Below are positions 1 to 40,188 of a DNA stretch of 42,043 bases, piece after piece. A program made the translations under genes and the position numbers. Origin of the DNA: Lenisia limosa (taxonomy: Eukaryota; Protista; Breviatea); the NCBI GenBank assembly GCA_001655205.1, contig LPNZ01006212.1, positions 1 to 42,043 of the forward strand. The letters run 5' to 3'. Under the pieces are notes generated by a model that worked only from the letters and a program-made list of their open reading frames with translations, did not search any database and had not been told where the DNA came from. The stretch's first letter is position 1, and the number at the start of each line of letters is the position of its first letter.

Positions 1-936
1 ATAGATACATAACATATATTTATATGACGGCTATGGGGTATGGATGGGGTCAAGGCTCAAAACGTATATTTTTATTTTGATAATCACCCTCAGATCTACC
101 TGCAGAATCGACCTGCAAATGTTGTATATTATTTGATTTAGGCGGAGAGCACGGGATTTCAACCATCCAAAATGATGATCAATAGAAAAGATTGAATCAT
201 CTTTAACTGTCTTATTCTGCTTACCGTTCCCTAATTTTTTATGCCTCACTTCTATTCTTCATTCGCAGATGTCGACGGACTAGCCTGATGAATAGTGTAT
301 CAACGGCCCAAGAGTTGAGGTTGAAGAGCATCAAAATCAAGCATCACGAGAGGCTTGGGATGATGGATGATGGGAAATACAATGAATAATACAAGAGACT
401 TGCGGAGGAAAGCAGTAGATAAAACTCAACGCAAGCAGATTTTTATTTTATGCTTCTACCTTCGAATCAAAGGAAGAGAAAATCTAAAATTGTTTACAGG
501 TGGAATCATACCTAATTAAATCAATATGTATAATTATATGATACATGTATATTATATCATCATATAGTATATAGTATATCTACTATTCATGCAGTAATAT
601 ATAGATTATTTATTTTTTACTGGTAGCTTTTATAACCAAATTCGCAATCACATACACAAGGCTTCTTTGGTCAACACACTTTTTGTTTATTACTAGATAT
701 CACGCAGTGACTCTTTTTCTGAGCTGTTGCTGACATTTTGTATTTTGGGTGATAGATGATAGAGAAGTATTATAAAAGGTTCAAAAATCGGAAGAATGTC
801 TTACTTTCTGGCGATTTTAATCATGTTCTCTTTTGCATTTAAGGTCTTTTTTGAGTGTATTTAATATAAATTACTATATAAACATTATAATAATACATGT
901 CTATATTGTGCATTCTTTTTATTTTCATATATTCAG

Positions 937-27442
<26,506 letters not shown>

Positions 27443-28060
27443 GTAAGTAGTGATTTTTATTTCATTGTCTTTTTTGGAGTTTTCGTTGATGCACATGATA
27501 AACGATCACTCACTATGTCAGCATCCATATCAATACTACTCATAGAAAAAAATGGTCCTTTTATTGTAGCGACGTGTTGGTGTTTAAAACCGCGTTTCTT
27601 TTTTTTATTATATTTTTTATAACAATTATTGGAATATTTTCGACTTTTCAATCGAGTCAGGATTTTTTTCAATGTGCGAATTTCTGGGATATAAGTATGG
27701 ACAAAATACGCTGTACACAGTACACCGCCGCTTGTATCAATCACCAGAGTGGTGGCGAACATATTTTGGGGCCCGGAGTTCTCAAACATTACTTCGTTAC
27801 TTATACCAGTTGTTATGATAGTTGTGATCATCTCTTCTAAGCGTGTCAGCTTAAGGTCAGATACTACTTTGTTTCTCATTTCTGCATATTTTAAAATGGT
27901 TGAAAGTAGTTACCACTAGTGATATGATAAAATTGTCTCTCATATCCAGTTGTGATATGGTACGCCATTATCCCGAGGAACCTGCCGAGCGAATATGAGC
28001 AATCATATAGTATATCATATACATGGTATAATGGGAAAGTTAAATTTTCATTTTGGAATG

Positions 28061-28101
28061 ATAATCAGAGGACAATAGACGGTCCATTGTCCTCTGATTA
28101 T
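28061..28101. repeat. Perfect 16-bp inverted repeat (hairpin)
   Basis: ataatcagaggacaat-agacggtcc-attgtcctctgattat. Confidence 0.95.
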
Positions 28102-28359
28102 GAGTTAATTTTGTGCCATATATATATAGATACTATATATGTATATCCTGCCGCACATAAATTGTGACGGTTTTGATTAATTGTAACGGTTTTGATTTCT
28201 GGCACCTTTTTTTTTTTCTTTTTCTGTCTATTCATGTAAAACATATCTTCTCGTTTCCCAAATTCGTTCAATTATTAATTTTTCGAGTTGCTGACCAAAA
28301 TAGCTATTGTTAAAAATCACAAGAAAGGATAATACAATGCTCTATTTGTGGAAAAATAA

Positions 28360-31292
28360 TTAGTCTTTCTTTTTCTTTGTCTTTGCCTTTTGTTTCTTTT
28401 TCATCTTGGCAATTACATGTGAATCTGGGCGCAAGACTCCACCTTGATTTTGACGTTTGTTCCTTGCCCGATCCACCTTGATCTCACTTTCACTTGCAAT
28501 TACCTGAACATATGATTTTTCATATACATCAACCAACTTGTCCTGGTCAAATCACAGCTACTTGTTCACCACGCTCAAGTTCAAAGAAACGTACCGGCTT
28601 CAATACCAAATCTGAAGCCGGCCCAATTAAAAAGACGTGCTTGATTGCATCCTCCACTACATTGAAGTATTCATCGGTGCTGCAGGGGAGGGTGAAGGAA
28701 ATGTATATGATATGATGAGGGGAGGGAGGGGTTAAAAGAAGGCATCTAATGGCGAAACATAAAGATAAAGATCAGAAATAAGCTAAGGTGTATCTGACCA
28801 AAGCCGTCCACACCAACACGCTGGAAACAGGAAGAGCTATGTGTTGAACTTTATCAAGATTATTTGGCATTTTGTGTTCTGCCAGGTTCCTCGAAATCCC
28901 CCCGTCTCCACACATGATTGCTATCAGTAATGTCTATCATTGAGCATCATAGTATATCCTATCATACAATATCATTTTATAATAATGTCAATATCCCTCC
29001 ATCACCCCACCTGTTTGCCGGGCTTACAATACAGTCGTAGTTCTCAATAGTTTCAAAGCCAGACACAACCCCCCTGAAGGTCAGACATATTATCTAATAT
29101 TATGTAGAAACGAGAAATATTACAGGAGGAGTCAGTTCACATCATCCCGTGTATAAGAGGTATTGTCATCATTAGATTAATTATAGTATCGGCTTAAGAT
29201 TTGTAACACCTTTCGCTTAAAAATAGAATTAATTCTTAGATAAACCTCAATAAATATCGATATTTTGCATGCCTTTCAACAATAAGACTTCTTTTGTTAC
29301 GAAAACAGACACGAAAATATCAATATTTATCGGGGATTCATCGATAAATTCAGTCTTGACCAAAGTGAAGTACTATCTTCAATCCAGTAGTTATCAATGT
29401 CTGCATGGAAAATGGCTGAGACCATCAATACCCATCCCACTNNNNNNNNNNACGCTTAAAAATAGAATTAATTCTTAGATAAACCTCAATAAATATCGAT
29501 ATTTATTGGGGATTCATCGATAAATTCAGTCTTGACCAAAGTGAAGTACAATCTTCGATCCAGTAGTTATCAATGTCTGCATGGAAAATGGCTGAGACCA
29601 TCAATACCCATCCCACTTGAGATGCCCGTCCATCTCAACACCATCAACGCCAATAAATTGCGAAAACTCTTCGTTTAGCTCCGCTACCACGGCTTTAAGC
29701 TTATCAACAAATCTGGGGGAGAGGGGGGGGGGGAGTAAAATTGGAAAATTTATGAAACAAAAATACCCAAATCAACTCTGTTGGNNNNNNNNNNNNNNNN
29801 NNNNNNNNNNNNNNNNNNNNNNNNNNNNNNNNNNNNNNNNNNNNNNNNNNNNNNNNNNNNNNNNNNNNNNNNNNNNNNNNNNNNNNNNNNNNNNNNNNNN
29901 NNNNNNNNNNNNNNNNNNNNNNNNNNNNNNNNNNNNNNNNNNNNNNNNNNNNNNNNNNNNNNNNNNNNNNNNNNNNNNNNNNNNNNNNNNNNNNNNNNNN
30001 NNNNNNNNNNNNNNNNNNNNNGGCTTCCCTTCGGTCACAAAAAAGACTGAATTACTCGATAATTACTTGATAAATAGTCGANNNNNNNNNNTCCCTTCGG
30101 TCACAAAAAAGACTGAATTACTCGATAATTACTTGATAAATAGTCGATGATTCACCAGTCTTTTTCGTGCCACAGGGAAGCCCTTGTACTAATAATGTAA
30201 GAGGATACCATATGGAGACATAGTGCAAACTTTGAAGTGAGGCATATTGCAACCAAAACTCCATTTCTGACCCTTTTATTTCAAAATTTGTGTTGTGACA
30301 TAATTTCTTTATGAATCAATTGCACAGATTCTTACAAGTACAGTTTGAACCCATCTACAGTATAAACGAAATCTTTGTCGATTGAAGGCCACAAACGCTC
30401 AGCCGCCTTGTACTCCCTTAATAGTCATAACAGATATGATACATTATACTTTGCTCATCATTGTCACACGTGTGGACTTTGCCTGTTTAGCCGATTTTTT
30501 GTTTTACTCGTCGTTTCACTCTANNNNNNNNNNCGCCTTGTACTCCCTTAATAGTCATAACAGATATGATACATTATACTTTGCTCATCATTTTCACACG
30601 TGTGGACTTTGCCTGTTTAGCCGATTTTTTGTTTTACTCGTCGTTTCACTCTATCCATACCCCCCTCCTCCCTCACTTCACTGCATCCGAGTGTCTCAAT
30701 TGAAGCTCTAATCTTGGAGGGTTAATATAAAGCGATGTGAAATTAAAAAATATTTGCATCTGACCGAAGCCATCACGCTGGATTATAGAAAATATTAATT
30801 CACCCAATCATTTGCCTTTCAACTCTGTGCACACCGCTTTCTGCGTGCCTCCCCAGCATGGATTAGATTCATGAATAAAGACAATAGCCTCTTTATAATA
30901 ACCCAGGTAGTCGTTTTGCCACAGATTCAGGAGGTTACAGAGAGTTAGAATTAGATGGAAATGAGCAAGGTTTTACCTGTCCGAGATTTACTACTTTCCT
31001 AGCAGACCCACCTCTCGGCTTTGGCCCAGTGTTTTGCCGCTTGCTTGAAGGTCTNNNNNNNNNNTATTATAAGAGATATTGGATTATAGAAAATATTAAT
31101 TCACCCAATCATTTGCCTTTCAACTCTGTGCACACAGCTTTCTGCGTGCCTCCCCAGCATGGATTAGATTCATGAATAAAGACAATAGCCTCTTTANNNN
31201 NNNNNNTTTTCCTAGCAGACCCACCTCTCGGCTTTGGCCCAGTGTTTTGCCGCTTGCTTGAAGGTCTCATTATCGCTTAATTGGCTACTCAT
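28360..31292 (-). CDS. Hypothetical protein of about 205 aa, 9 exons, TPR-like N-terminus and Lys-rich C-terminus
   Basis: Exons (minus) 31292-31225, 30712-30677, 30416-30342, 29712-29642, 29576-29537, 29073-29033, 28820-28799, 28679-28562, 28503-28360 join in phase with GT-AG sites: MSSQLSDNETFKQAAKHWAKAERLELQ...DEYFNVVEDAIKHVFLIGP...KMKKKQKAKTKKKKD*. The start codon and middle junctions are less certain. Confidence 0.6.
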
Positions 31293-31920
31293 TTGGCTGA
31301 TGGGATGGGAACGTATATCAACAAATGAAATAATATATGATATGTTGCTGTGGTAACGTAATGTCTGTCTTGTGTGACGACAGAGTGTGATAAATGAGCT
31401 GTGAAATGGAGATAGTGAATGTGCAATTTGAATGTGCAAAGCAAAATGAAACGAGGTTTAAAGCCCAAAAAAACCTGAAAAAACCGCTGCGGGCGCGGGG
31501 CGAGACCAATGGTTTTGTATTTTTGATAGGGAGGTTGCCTGATTGCGAGACAAGATACACATGCATTTACGTCATGCCTGAGGTATAAATATATAAATGT
31601 AACCTTTTCTCAAGACTTTTAGATTAAAACACAAAACCAACAAACTAAAAAAGGCGAGTGCCCAGGGTGCCCAGATATATCTTAGAATATAATATTGTAT
31701 ACGTCCTTGAAGCGACAATTTATCAAAATCTCCAATATTGGGTTTTGAGAGGAGCAACTGCTATTGATTGATTGAAGAAAAAAGCCCAGAATACAAGGGA
31801 ACAGCTTTAACTTTAGCACCGCTATGAAGTTATAAAATGGTTAAATTTATATTACCATTTAAAATGGACATTAAATAATACAAAGAGGGAAACAGCTAAT
31901 AAATAACAATAACAATAAAA

Positions 31921-34900
31921 CTACTCCAAAGAGGCAAGCATGGCAGCGTTGAAGGGGACCACCTAAGTAATGAAAATCAATGATGCAAGGTGTGATAATA
32001 AGTATTAGCCTGAAAAAGATAAGAGTACATATTTGTACCAAAAGCTCATACTATATGCATATATTTTAATGCTCAATAACAATGAGAAAATACTTCTCCT
32101 CTTCCAAAAAGACCTCTAAAAACCCCTGAAAAGACCTCATCATAATAGGCCTCTCACCTCGTGTCCATTCTTGATCTTCTCGGGGTAGTCATAATTGGCA
32201 ATAATGATTCGGCCAACAGCAAGCATGTCGAAGTCTCCACGTGTAATCCTGGGGGGGGGGGGGGTTANNNNNNNNNNAAGAGGCAAGCATTGCAGCGTTG
32301 AAGGGGACCACCTAAGTAATGAAAATCATGCAAGGTGTGATAATAAGTATTAGCCTGAAAAAGATAATAGTATATATTTGTACCAAAAGCTCATACTATA
32401 TGCATATATATTTTAATGCTGAATAACAATGAGAAAATACTTCTCCTCTTCCAAAAAGACCTCTAAAAACCCCTGAAAAGANNNNNNNNNNNNNNNNNNN
32501 NNNNNNNNNNNNNNNNNACCACAAACACTGATTTTCCAACGATCCCAAGAAACCAGAGAGCAATAGAAATACGTTATGTATGATATATCCTTTTAATTGT
32601 ACCAGAAACCAGGTCAACATTTCGTCAGCAACCTTGTCATATTACTTGTACCCAAAAAAACATCCACACCATATAATGCGTTATTAATTGGAGAAACCCA
32701 GCCAACATCTCGTCAGCCACCTTGAGGCCCTTGTCGTTGACGGTGGTGGCGGCGCCGGTAAAGGAAGAGACGAAGTCGCCCTCAGGGTTGAGACCGATGT
32801 TGCCGACTGACATGGCGGGCTGGGGGGGGGGGNNNNNNNNNNNNNNNNNNNNNNNNNNNNNNNNNNNNNNNNNNNNNNNNNNNNNNNNNNNNNNNNNNNN
32901 NNNNNNNNNNNNNNNNNNNNNNNNNNNNNNNNNNNNNNTGGCAACAAATAAACAAAGCCCAGGATGGGAGGATGATGGGGGGGGGAAGAGGTGAATTGCG
33001 GAGACTGGGGGCGACCTTGGAAATATTAGCTTTGAGGAATATAATTTGTTTAAAGTAAATGGAAATACAAGCGCAGCCGCCCACTTTGTTGAAGAGCTTC
33101 TTGAGCCACCCGGCGAGGTTCAGTTCGCTGTCAAACTCGGTCTGCCAGATACGGCGCTAGGGGGGTCAAGGGGTAAACGAAGTGGGAGAGGGGAACTGGA
33201 AAATTTATGAACCAGGAAATATAAAATCAACTCCGTCAGGTACTTCTCAATTTATCGTTTATGATAGGATTTCTCGATATTTATTGCACTTGGCACAACT
33301 GACCTGGGATCCGTGGAACATATCCACGTTTTCGGCTGTGTACGCGAGGAGCTCCTTCAGGTCTTCGGGAGTGTGGGCGATCTTGTGATCGAACGCACCT
33401 GCGGAGGGAGGGTGAGTAAAACAGGAACATTTATGAAAATTTGATAAAAGGGTTGAAAAACAAAACAAAATGCCCAGATCAGTCTGCAGCACCGCATCCG
33501 ATCATTGTGAACAACGGGATTTATGATGACGTGGGATGGGGGCTTAAGTAACAAAAACCGAACCGAAAAGCAACGCAACATAATTTGCATAAGGATTAAA
33601 AAACGTCATCAGACATGCAAAAAATCAATATTTTCCGCCTTTTTGGAACCGAAAGTGAAGCTCTGACAAAAGACCCAGCCGGGCGACTCACCCATTGTGA
33701 ACTGTGAGAATCTGAAGTTGACGTGGAAGTCTGGGCCGACGGCTTGTCTAACGGCCTTGGCCACGTCACCGGCAAAACGGCCGCGGTTCTCGAAGGACCC
33801 TCCGTATCTAGATCGTGAGATCGCCTGGAATTTTATTACACCACCATCCTCTCTGAAGGTTTCATTGTCATACATAACAAGAGTATTTGGGCGAAGCCAA
33901 CCAAATCAACCCGTTTAAGAAAAGAATTTGCCTAAAAACCGTGCAATTAATACAAGAGAAACATTGAGGACATACTCTATCATATGTAATAGATAATATT
34001 CNNNNNNNNNNCACATATCTGAGTGCTCCCATAACAGTGATACCCCCACCCCCCAAATCACGGTTTCACAATCACTCCACAATTCAGTTGTATTTCCACA
34101 TCTGTTGACTACCCCCATACTCATCAGTACGACTGTTGGTCAACTCGCAGAAGAATTGGTGAATCAGGTAGCCTAAACATGGTCACAAAATATTAAATGT
34201 TTTAAAACAGCTTCAAAAAAATTGTGACTTTTTGAATATTATAATTAGTACATCATATCAGATGGACTCAAAAATCTGGTCTGTTAGAGCCCTATTGATT
34301 GCTTCTCATATCACACACCGTACCGTGGGCTCCGTGGATCTCAACACCATCGTATCCAGCGTCCTTGCAGAACTTGGCGGCCCGGCCGTATGAGAGCGCA
34401 ACCTGGGTGGTCACATATCCGAGGTTGAAAATGGCCACTCTATTCCTCTTCCATTCCTCCTTAATTTCCCCTACACCAAAGTGTTCAACAAACCTCCTTG
34501 ATTTCCTCCTTTGTGAGCTCGTGTGGAACCAGGTCCTTCTGTTCCTCCTCCGATTTAGTCATCTGCAGGGGTGTCAGTTTTGAATAAAAGTAAAAGGGTG
34601 ATAGCTTCCCTTCGGTCCGATTCCGGCCGGACCGCTGATGAGTTAGCAAACCTTGAAATAGGGATGGACAATGGCGGAAGGCGCTACAATTCGGCCCTCC
34701 GGAATGCCAGGAGCGTTGTAGTGCTGGCCTCCACAATGCCAAATCTACAGCAGTCAAAAGTGTGGAGCTTCGTCAGGTATATATAAAAATGAGAAATAAA
34801 AAGTCTGGATATTGGATTATAACATTCTACTAGTAATATTAATTCACCCAATCGTTTATGGTTATAGTAAGTAATCACAGTGGAAATGCAATATTATATG

Positions 34901-35674
34901 TATGAGAACAACAGCAAACCTGGGCAATAGCAAACCCGCCAGCATCCTTGACACTTTTAGCGAGGGCGGCGTGAGCCTCCTTGCGCTCGTCACCAAAGAA
35001 AAGGGGGGCATTGGGGAAGGATGACTGTCCTGTGGCAATTAACGAGAGAGAGGCGACAGCATATAAACATATGCAAAAAAATATGAGGTAAAGTAGACTT
35101 TGTGTAGAACAAATTTGGATGCTATTATTGTTTATCTACGCTCTTTGACAAAAAACAGACCCAGAGCAACAATTAACAATAGACCTGCCACCCACCAGGG
35201 AAGTCAATGCCACCGCACTCGGTGATGATGTACTTTGTTCCACCTTCGGCACGTTTGGCGTAATAACGCGCAACAGTAGGGGTGGGCGCTCCTGCAGCGA
35301 TTAAATGTTCAATGGTTGAAAAAAAAAAAAAAAACAGATGAAGCGCGTCACACACAAGGGATAAGAACAAATAAAAAGTTTATTAATCAACTGAACAGAG
35401 GGCTATCCAGTTATTCAAGTCAGGACTAATAATAATAGACCTTGAGGTATTGGGGGATTGTATGAAAGGACGGGGCTACAGCTACAACGACAAATTAGGA
35501 AACGAAATAGGCAATAAATAAATGGACAGGGGAAGGTGAGTTAGGGATCATGCTGTCAATAATGTTCTCAATACCTTCAGGGCACTGTCCACGGGTCATG
35601 GGGGCCATGGCAAAGCGATTTGAAACGCTTCCCAGGTTGGGAATTTCGACTGGAGAGAAAACGGAAGGGTACAT
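31921..35674 (-). CDS. NADH:flavin oxidoreductase, Old Yellow Enzyme family, 13 exons, complete
   Basis: Exons (minus) 35674-35575, 35291-35196, 35029-34920, 34744-34652, 34562-34494, 34402-34324, 34172-34121, 33807-33692, 33398-33304, 33156-33085, 32819-32698, 32248-32158, 31962-31921. Motifs NRFAMAPMTR, YYAKRA, QIWHCG, DGVEIHGAHGYL, RTDEYGGSFENR, DMLAVGR; ends in TAG; all introns GT-AG. Confidence 0.93.
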
Positions 35675-36605
35675 TATCTAGAATTATAAAAAGTAGCGTT
35701 AGCTATGCAGAACCTGACACAAACTATCCACGATTCGCCAAAAATCCGACAATGGCGCCATTTTGATTATCCCTGGGTAGACAATACACTTTGTTTTGCA
35801 TTCTATGTCTCTAACATATACGCTTAAGAAGAAATATCTCAACAGAAAAACATATCTAATATAAATATGCATCTATTAAGCAGTCGATTAAGGGAAATAT
35901 ATTGGAAGCACGTTTTTTTGGCCTGCATATGACTGAGGCTTATCAATGCCGCCTTGGTTTGTGTCTAGTTCAAGTCGGGATTACATCGGGGTTGTATCTG
36001 GATTGCTTGCAACCTTGCAACTGGCTTGCAACTGGACTGTGCTTCTATGTTATTCACAAATTGTCAAATTGTCAAATGTCGATGTTAAAATAGGCTTTTG
36101 TGGGTGTTTTGTCAGTTAGGTAATCCTCGGATCCTTGATGAGATGTTGGTGATAGGAAGTAAGCAAAGAAGACTTGAAGCAATGGACAATAGACATTTCA
36201 AGGAGATACTGATGCTATTCCTGCAACATATTAGTTTGGTAACGCCTTGGTTTGGTACAGGAAGAAAAACTACATTCAAAATATCAAGAACAACTATGCA
36301 AATAACCATTTCACGATGCCTACGCAAGCAGTCTTCTGAACTCGCTCTTCTGGCTGTCCGTAACCCTACGTGCGTAATTTCTAAATATCACTGTCCCACT
36401 GCTATGCCACATCACCCCCACCACCACCACCAACTAACTATTCATGTTCAAATAAGCCAATATTGTGTTGAAATAAGTCCGTATTTGATCATCGAAAATC
36501 CCCCCCCCCCCCNNNNNNNNNNNNNNNNNNNNNNNNNNNNNNNNNNNNNNNNNNNNNNNNNNNNNNNNNNNNNNNNNNNNNNNNNNNNNNNNNAAGGCCC
36601 CAGAC

Positions 36606-39600
36606 ATCCCGTCGCGGCATGCCCTCTCCAACAAGACGCTCAACCTGCGATGTTAATAATGCAACAAATGCGTAATGCCCTCAATCATTGAAATACGAGG
36701 AAATCGCATGACCTGCCAATGCCATCAGAAAATACCCCCCATCATACATGTCCGTGAGGCGTGACTTGCTCCCTTTCAATCTCAACTGATCGGCCGTCCA
36801 GGTGAGTGAACTCCCTTCGGAAACCAACAAGTGCCTGAAACAAATAAGAGAGGTATCGTGACCTTTGATAAAGAAAAAGATACTAGGAATATTACATGTG
36901 ATCTATTTTTGAAAATAAAATGTCAGCAATAAGATCTTTGATCAGCTGATCATGAATAAGACAGCACTAAATGCTCTTTGAGTTGTTCAAAATGAGATAA
37001 TCTCACATCCTGGTGAAGCGCCCATTTTCCCTCTAAAATGAGAGCCCAATATTAGGAATTTAACACTGAAATGGTCTAACCTCCAGAAGAGTGATGCTGA
37101 TTTTCATCTTCAACGTGTGGCCGTCCCTCTTGAAAATAGGGTGTGGTCTTGACTGGGGGGGGGGGGTGNNNNNNNNNNNNNNNNNNNNNNNNNNNNNNNN
37201 NNNNNNNNNNNNNNNNNNNNNNNNNNNNNNNNNNNNNNNNNNNNNNNNNNNNNNNNNNNNNNNNNNNNNNNNNNNNNNNNAACATTCATTTTTGTAGTGT
37301 CGCAATACAATGATACAATAATACATACATATAGCTGTCAATCTTGCATTGTTTTTCTGTTAAAATTCAGATCTATTTATCGATAAATCTCATATGATAA
37401 ATAATATGCATATATAATACTTTGGGATATAGTATTCATTATTTTGATACAAAAATTTCTTTATTCATCGCTATTGCCCCACTTGTATTTTAAAGATAAG
37501 ATCTCCTGGAGTAACATCAGGAGATTCATCGGCCTCGCGTTCGTATACCTGGGGAAGTCAAGTCAAGAATTAAATACATGGTGCCTCGAAGGTATATGAG
37601 ACAGGGGGGATCACGATTATAAGAGATATTATTGGATTATAGCATCATTATCATGTAGAAATGAGAAATAAAACAAGGTAGTTTCAAGCCGAAGCTGTCC
37701 ATACCATCGCTTCTAAGGGATATTGGATCATGGTTTAGCATGATTATGAACTGATTGTGGAGCCCAAAAAGACTGAATAAACAATCAAACCTCGAGATAT
37801 ATTCCAACACGGGGGAACCAACCATAGTTTCGCCGTCAGCCATGCCCTTCTCCACGAAGATAATAACTTCCTCTTCTTCCGTCACAAGCTAAGAAGGTGA
37901 AACAAAGCTGAAAATAGTAATCCAATCGAGCGTATCAAGGATACTGTTCCTTAAGAAGCTAAAGTGAACCTCTTTTTCCTAAAAGCGATCCAACACCCAC
38001 CTTGTGTCCGTGACACTGGTGGCAAGTTGAAGTAATGGTTTTGCCCTTTCCTCCACAACGGGGGCATGTTACCTGAGGAGAAGTAATTTTCCCAAGATCG
38101 TTGCTACAATATGTCCTACTTCAAATGATAAAATAAATTTCGAAACTAATTGCACAGAGCCCTAGTTTCCAGTATTGCATAACCAAAATTATCGTAAACG
38201 AAATACTTAAACTGCATTCACTTTTTGCAAAATGAGAATAGGCATAAAAGAAGAAAGGAGAACGCATTTCCATGTTCAAAAGATGTCCTTAAAACAGAAC
38301 CCCCCACCCACCTGGACCTGTTGCACAAAACCAGGAGCCAGCTGCTGCTTTCTGATGGTGTGGCCCTTGCCTCCACATGAAGGGCAGACTTTGACGTCGC
38401 CTTCATTGTAAATAGATGCGTACATCGAATTGTGCAAAACCCACGCATATTATCGATATGATATACAGTGACCGGGATAAGTCTTGACCAATTTACTATG
38501 TGATTCACTGATATCCCAAGGAAAATAAGTCAAGACTACAGGATCCCCTTCTTTTTATAAAATTATCTCTTCATAGAACCCCCCTCTCCTCACTCTCATT
38601 TTCAGCACCAGAACCACGACAATGAGGGCAGATTCTCTGAAAATAGTAAATTGGATCATAAATGGAAAAAACCCAAGCTGTAAATTGGAGAAAAAGATAT
38701 ACGTTATTCAAGTAAGTAAAACAAAACCACGAAGCACTCCATTTGAAAAGCGCCACAAAAAAGGGCCTACCCTCTTATTGACAGCAATAGTGGTCTCTTT
38801 GCCATTGTAAAGGTCAGCCAAGGTAACCTCCAGATCGATGGTCATTGAGGGGCCTTGCCTCTCACCTAACGGAGATTAGAAGACGACAAAGAGAAGAAAA
38901 AGTAACACAGAGAGAAAACAAAACCGCGTTAGGCTTCTATCGTCCCATAAAAGACAGAATAACTCGATAACTCCTCGAAAGTGTCGATGAAACCCGTCTT
39001 TTCATCCTGAACCCACAAACCTTGTTGTTGGAAGCCTCCGAATCCGAATCTAAATAGTCAGGAAATAAAAAAAGAGAGAGAAAAGTTGAAAGAAATGATG
39101 AACTTTGTAGCAAGAAAAAACTTACTCAACAAACAAATAAACAAAGGTCAAACAGTCCTCTTTGTTAATTAGTCAAATCTGGAGCAGGCAGATCATCATC
39201 AATATGAATTATTCCTCAGAACCACCCCCTCCCCCTCATTAAGAATTGAAGAGGAACAAAACAAAATACCCCCTCTTACGAAGAAAATATATCATTGAAG
39301 CCGCCACGTCTCTGCCCCTGTCCCTTTTGCTGTTTCAGCCCCTCCTCGCCGTGTGTGTCATACACTCGTCTCTTCTCCTGGTCAGAGAGAACCTCGTATG
39401 CTGGAGGGAGGTGAAGGAGATAATCTTGTCGTAGAAGGGTATATGCTGGAGACCAAGATGTGCATGATAGTCGAGAACATAATAAAGGGATGAAGAACAA
39501 TACGAATAGCTGAGAAAGAACAATACGATCAGATGAGAAAGAACACCAAGATGAGATGAGAAAGAACACCAAGATGCGAATGAGATGGGAAAGAACAACA

Positions 39601-40188
39601 AGATGAAATGAGAAAGAACAACAAGATAAAACAAAACGAATGAACAAAAGATCTGAGAAAGATGAAAAAGAACAACAAGAATAGCTGAAGATTAGTTGAA
39701 GTTGACAGAGAAAGAACAAGATTAGCTGAAGTTTAGCTTCAAGAGACAAGGTGAGAGAGCCACCAAAAAGCGAAACCTTTAATTGAATATCATAAAACTA
39801 AACAACTCTATCACAAAAAAGGAACATAGGAATAGTAGGTTCCCTAAGGCAGGAAGAAAATAATGACGCAAAGTGAAAATTTCAAAACCGGTATAAAAAG
39901 CATGGAATGGATTTAACACTGTCAATAACCTCCAAAAGATGGAAATATAGGTGGAAAGGAGCCAAACCAACCTTCAGCAATTTCAACAAACTTCTCTTTG
40001 GCATTTGGATCGTTACTTTTATCGGGATGATACTGTCTGGAGAGTTTTTTGAACTCTTTTTTGATCTCCTTCACATCTGCTTTCCGGGTAACTCCAAGGA
40101 TCTTGTAATAATCTTTCCCTGCCTCCGCAATCTCAAACAATGAGGAAAACAAGAATAGACAAAGGATGAAACAAGCTAAAACTTTCAT
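36606..40188 (-). CDS. Type I DnaJ/Hsp40 with N-terminal signal peptide (ER-lumenal, Scj1/ERdj3-like); 3' end unresolved at a gap
   Basis: Exons (minus) 40188-39972, 39400-39280, 39049-39021, 38865-38771, 38636-38594, 38400-38312, 38072-38001, 37888-37823, 37548-37483, 37152-37081, 36834-36748, 36644-36606. Hydrophobic leader, J domain (DYYKILGV, HPDK, AYEVLSD), G/F region, four CxxCxGxG-like repeats, GEGMP. Confidence 0.93.
39490..39735. repeat. Degenerate purine-rich minisatellite in DnaJ intron 1
   Basis: About 23-28-nt units based on gagaaagaacaacaagatga. Confidence 0.85.

Noticed and set aside
27457-27879. 140-aa minus-strand ORF just after the last PRP8 exon
   Set aside because: No motif, low-complexity AT-rich tail and no splice support; not the missing PRP8 sequence.
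29212-32481. Duplicated blocks (about 29212/29453, 30026/30093, 30406/30535, 30780/31080, 31928/32278) as exon duplications
   Set aside because: Each pair flanks a 10-N gap and is nearly identical, which is typical of unmerged haplotype or contig overlaps.
36098-36691. 197-aa plus-strand ORF
   Set aside because: It spans an N gap, overlaps DnaJ antisense and has no recognisable motif.
39276-39749. 157-aa minus-strand ORF as a membrane protein
   Set aside because: It is the translation of a purine-rich minisatellite running into DnaJ exon 2.
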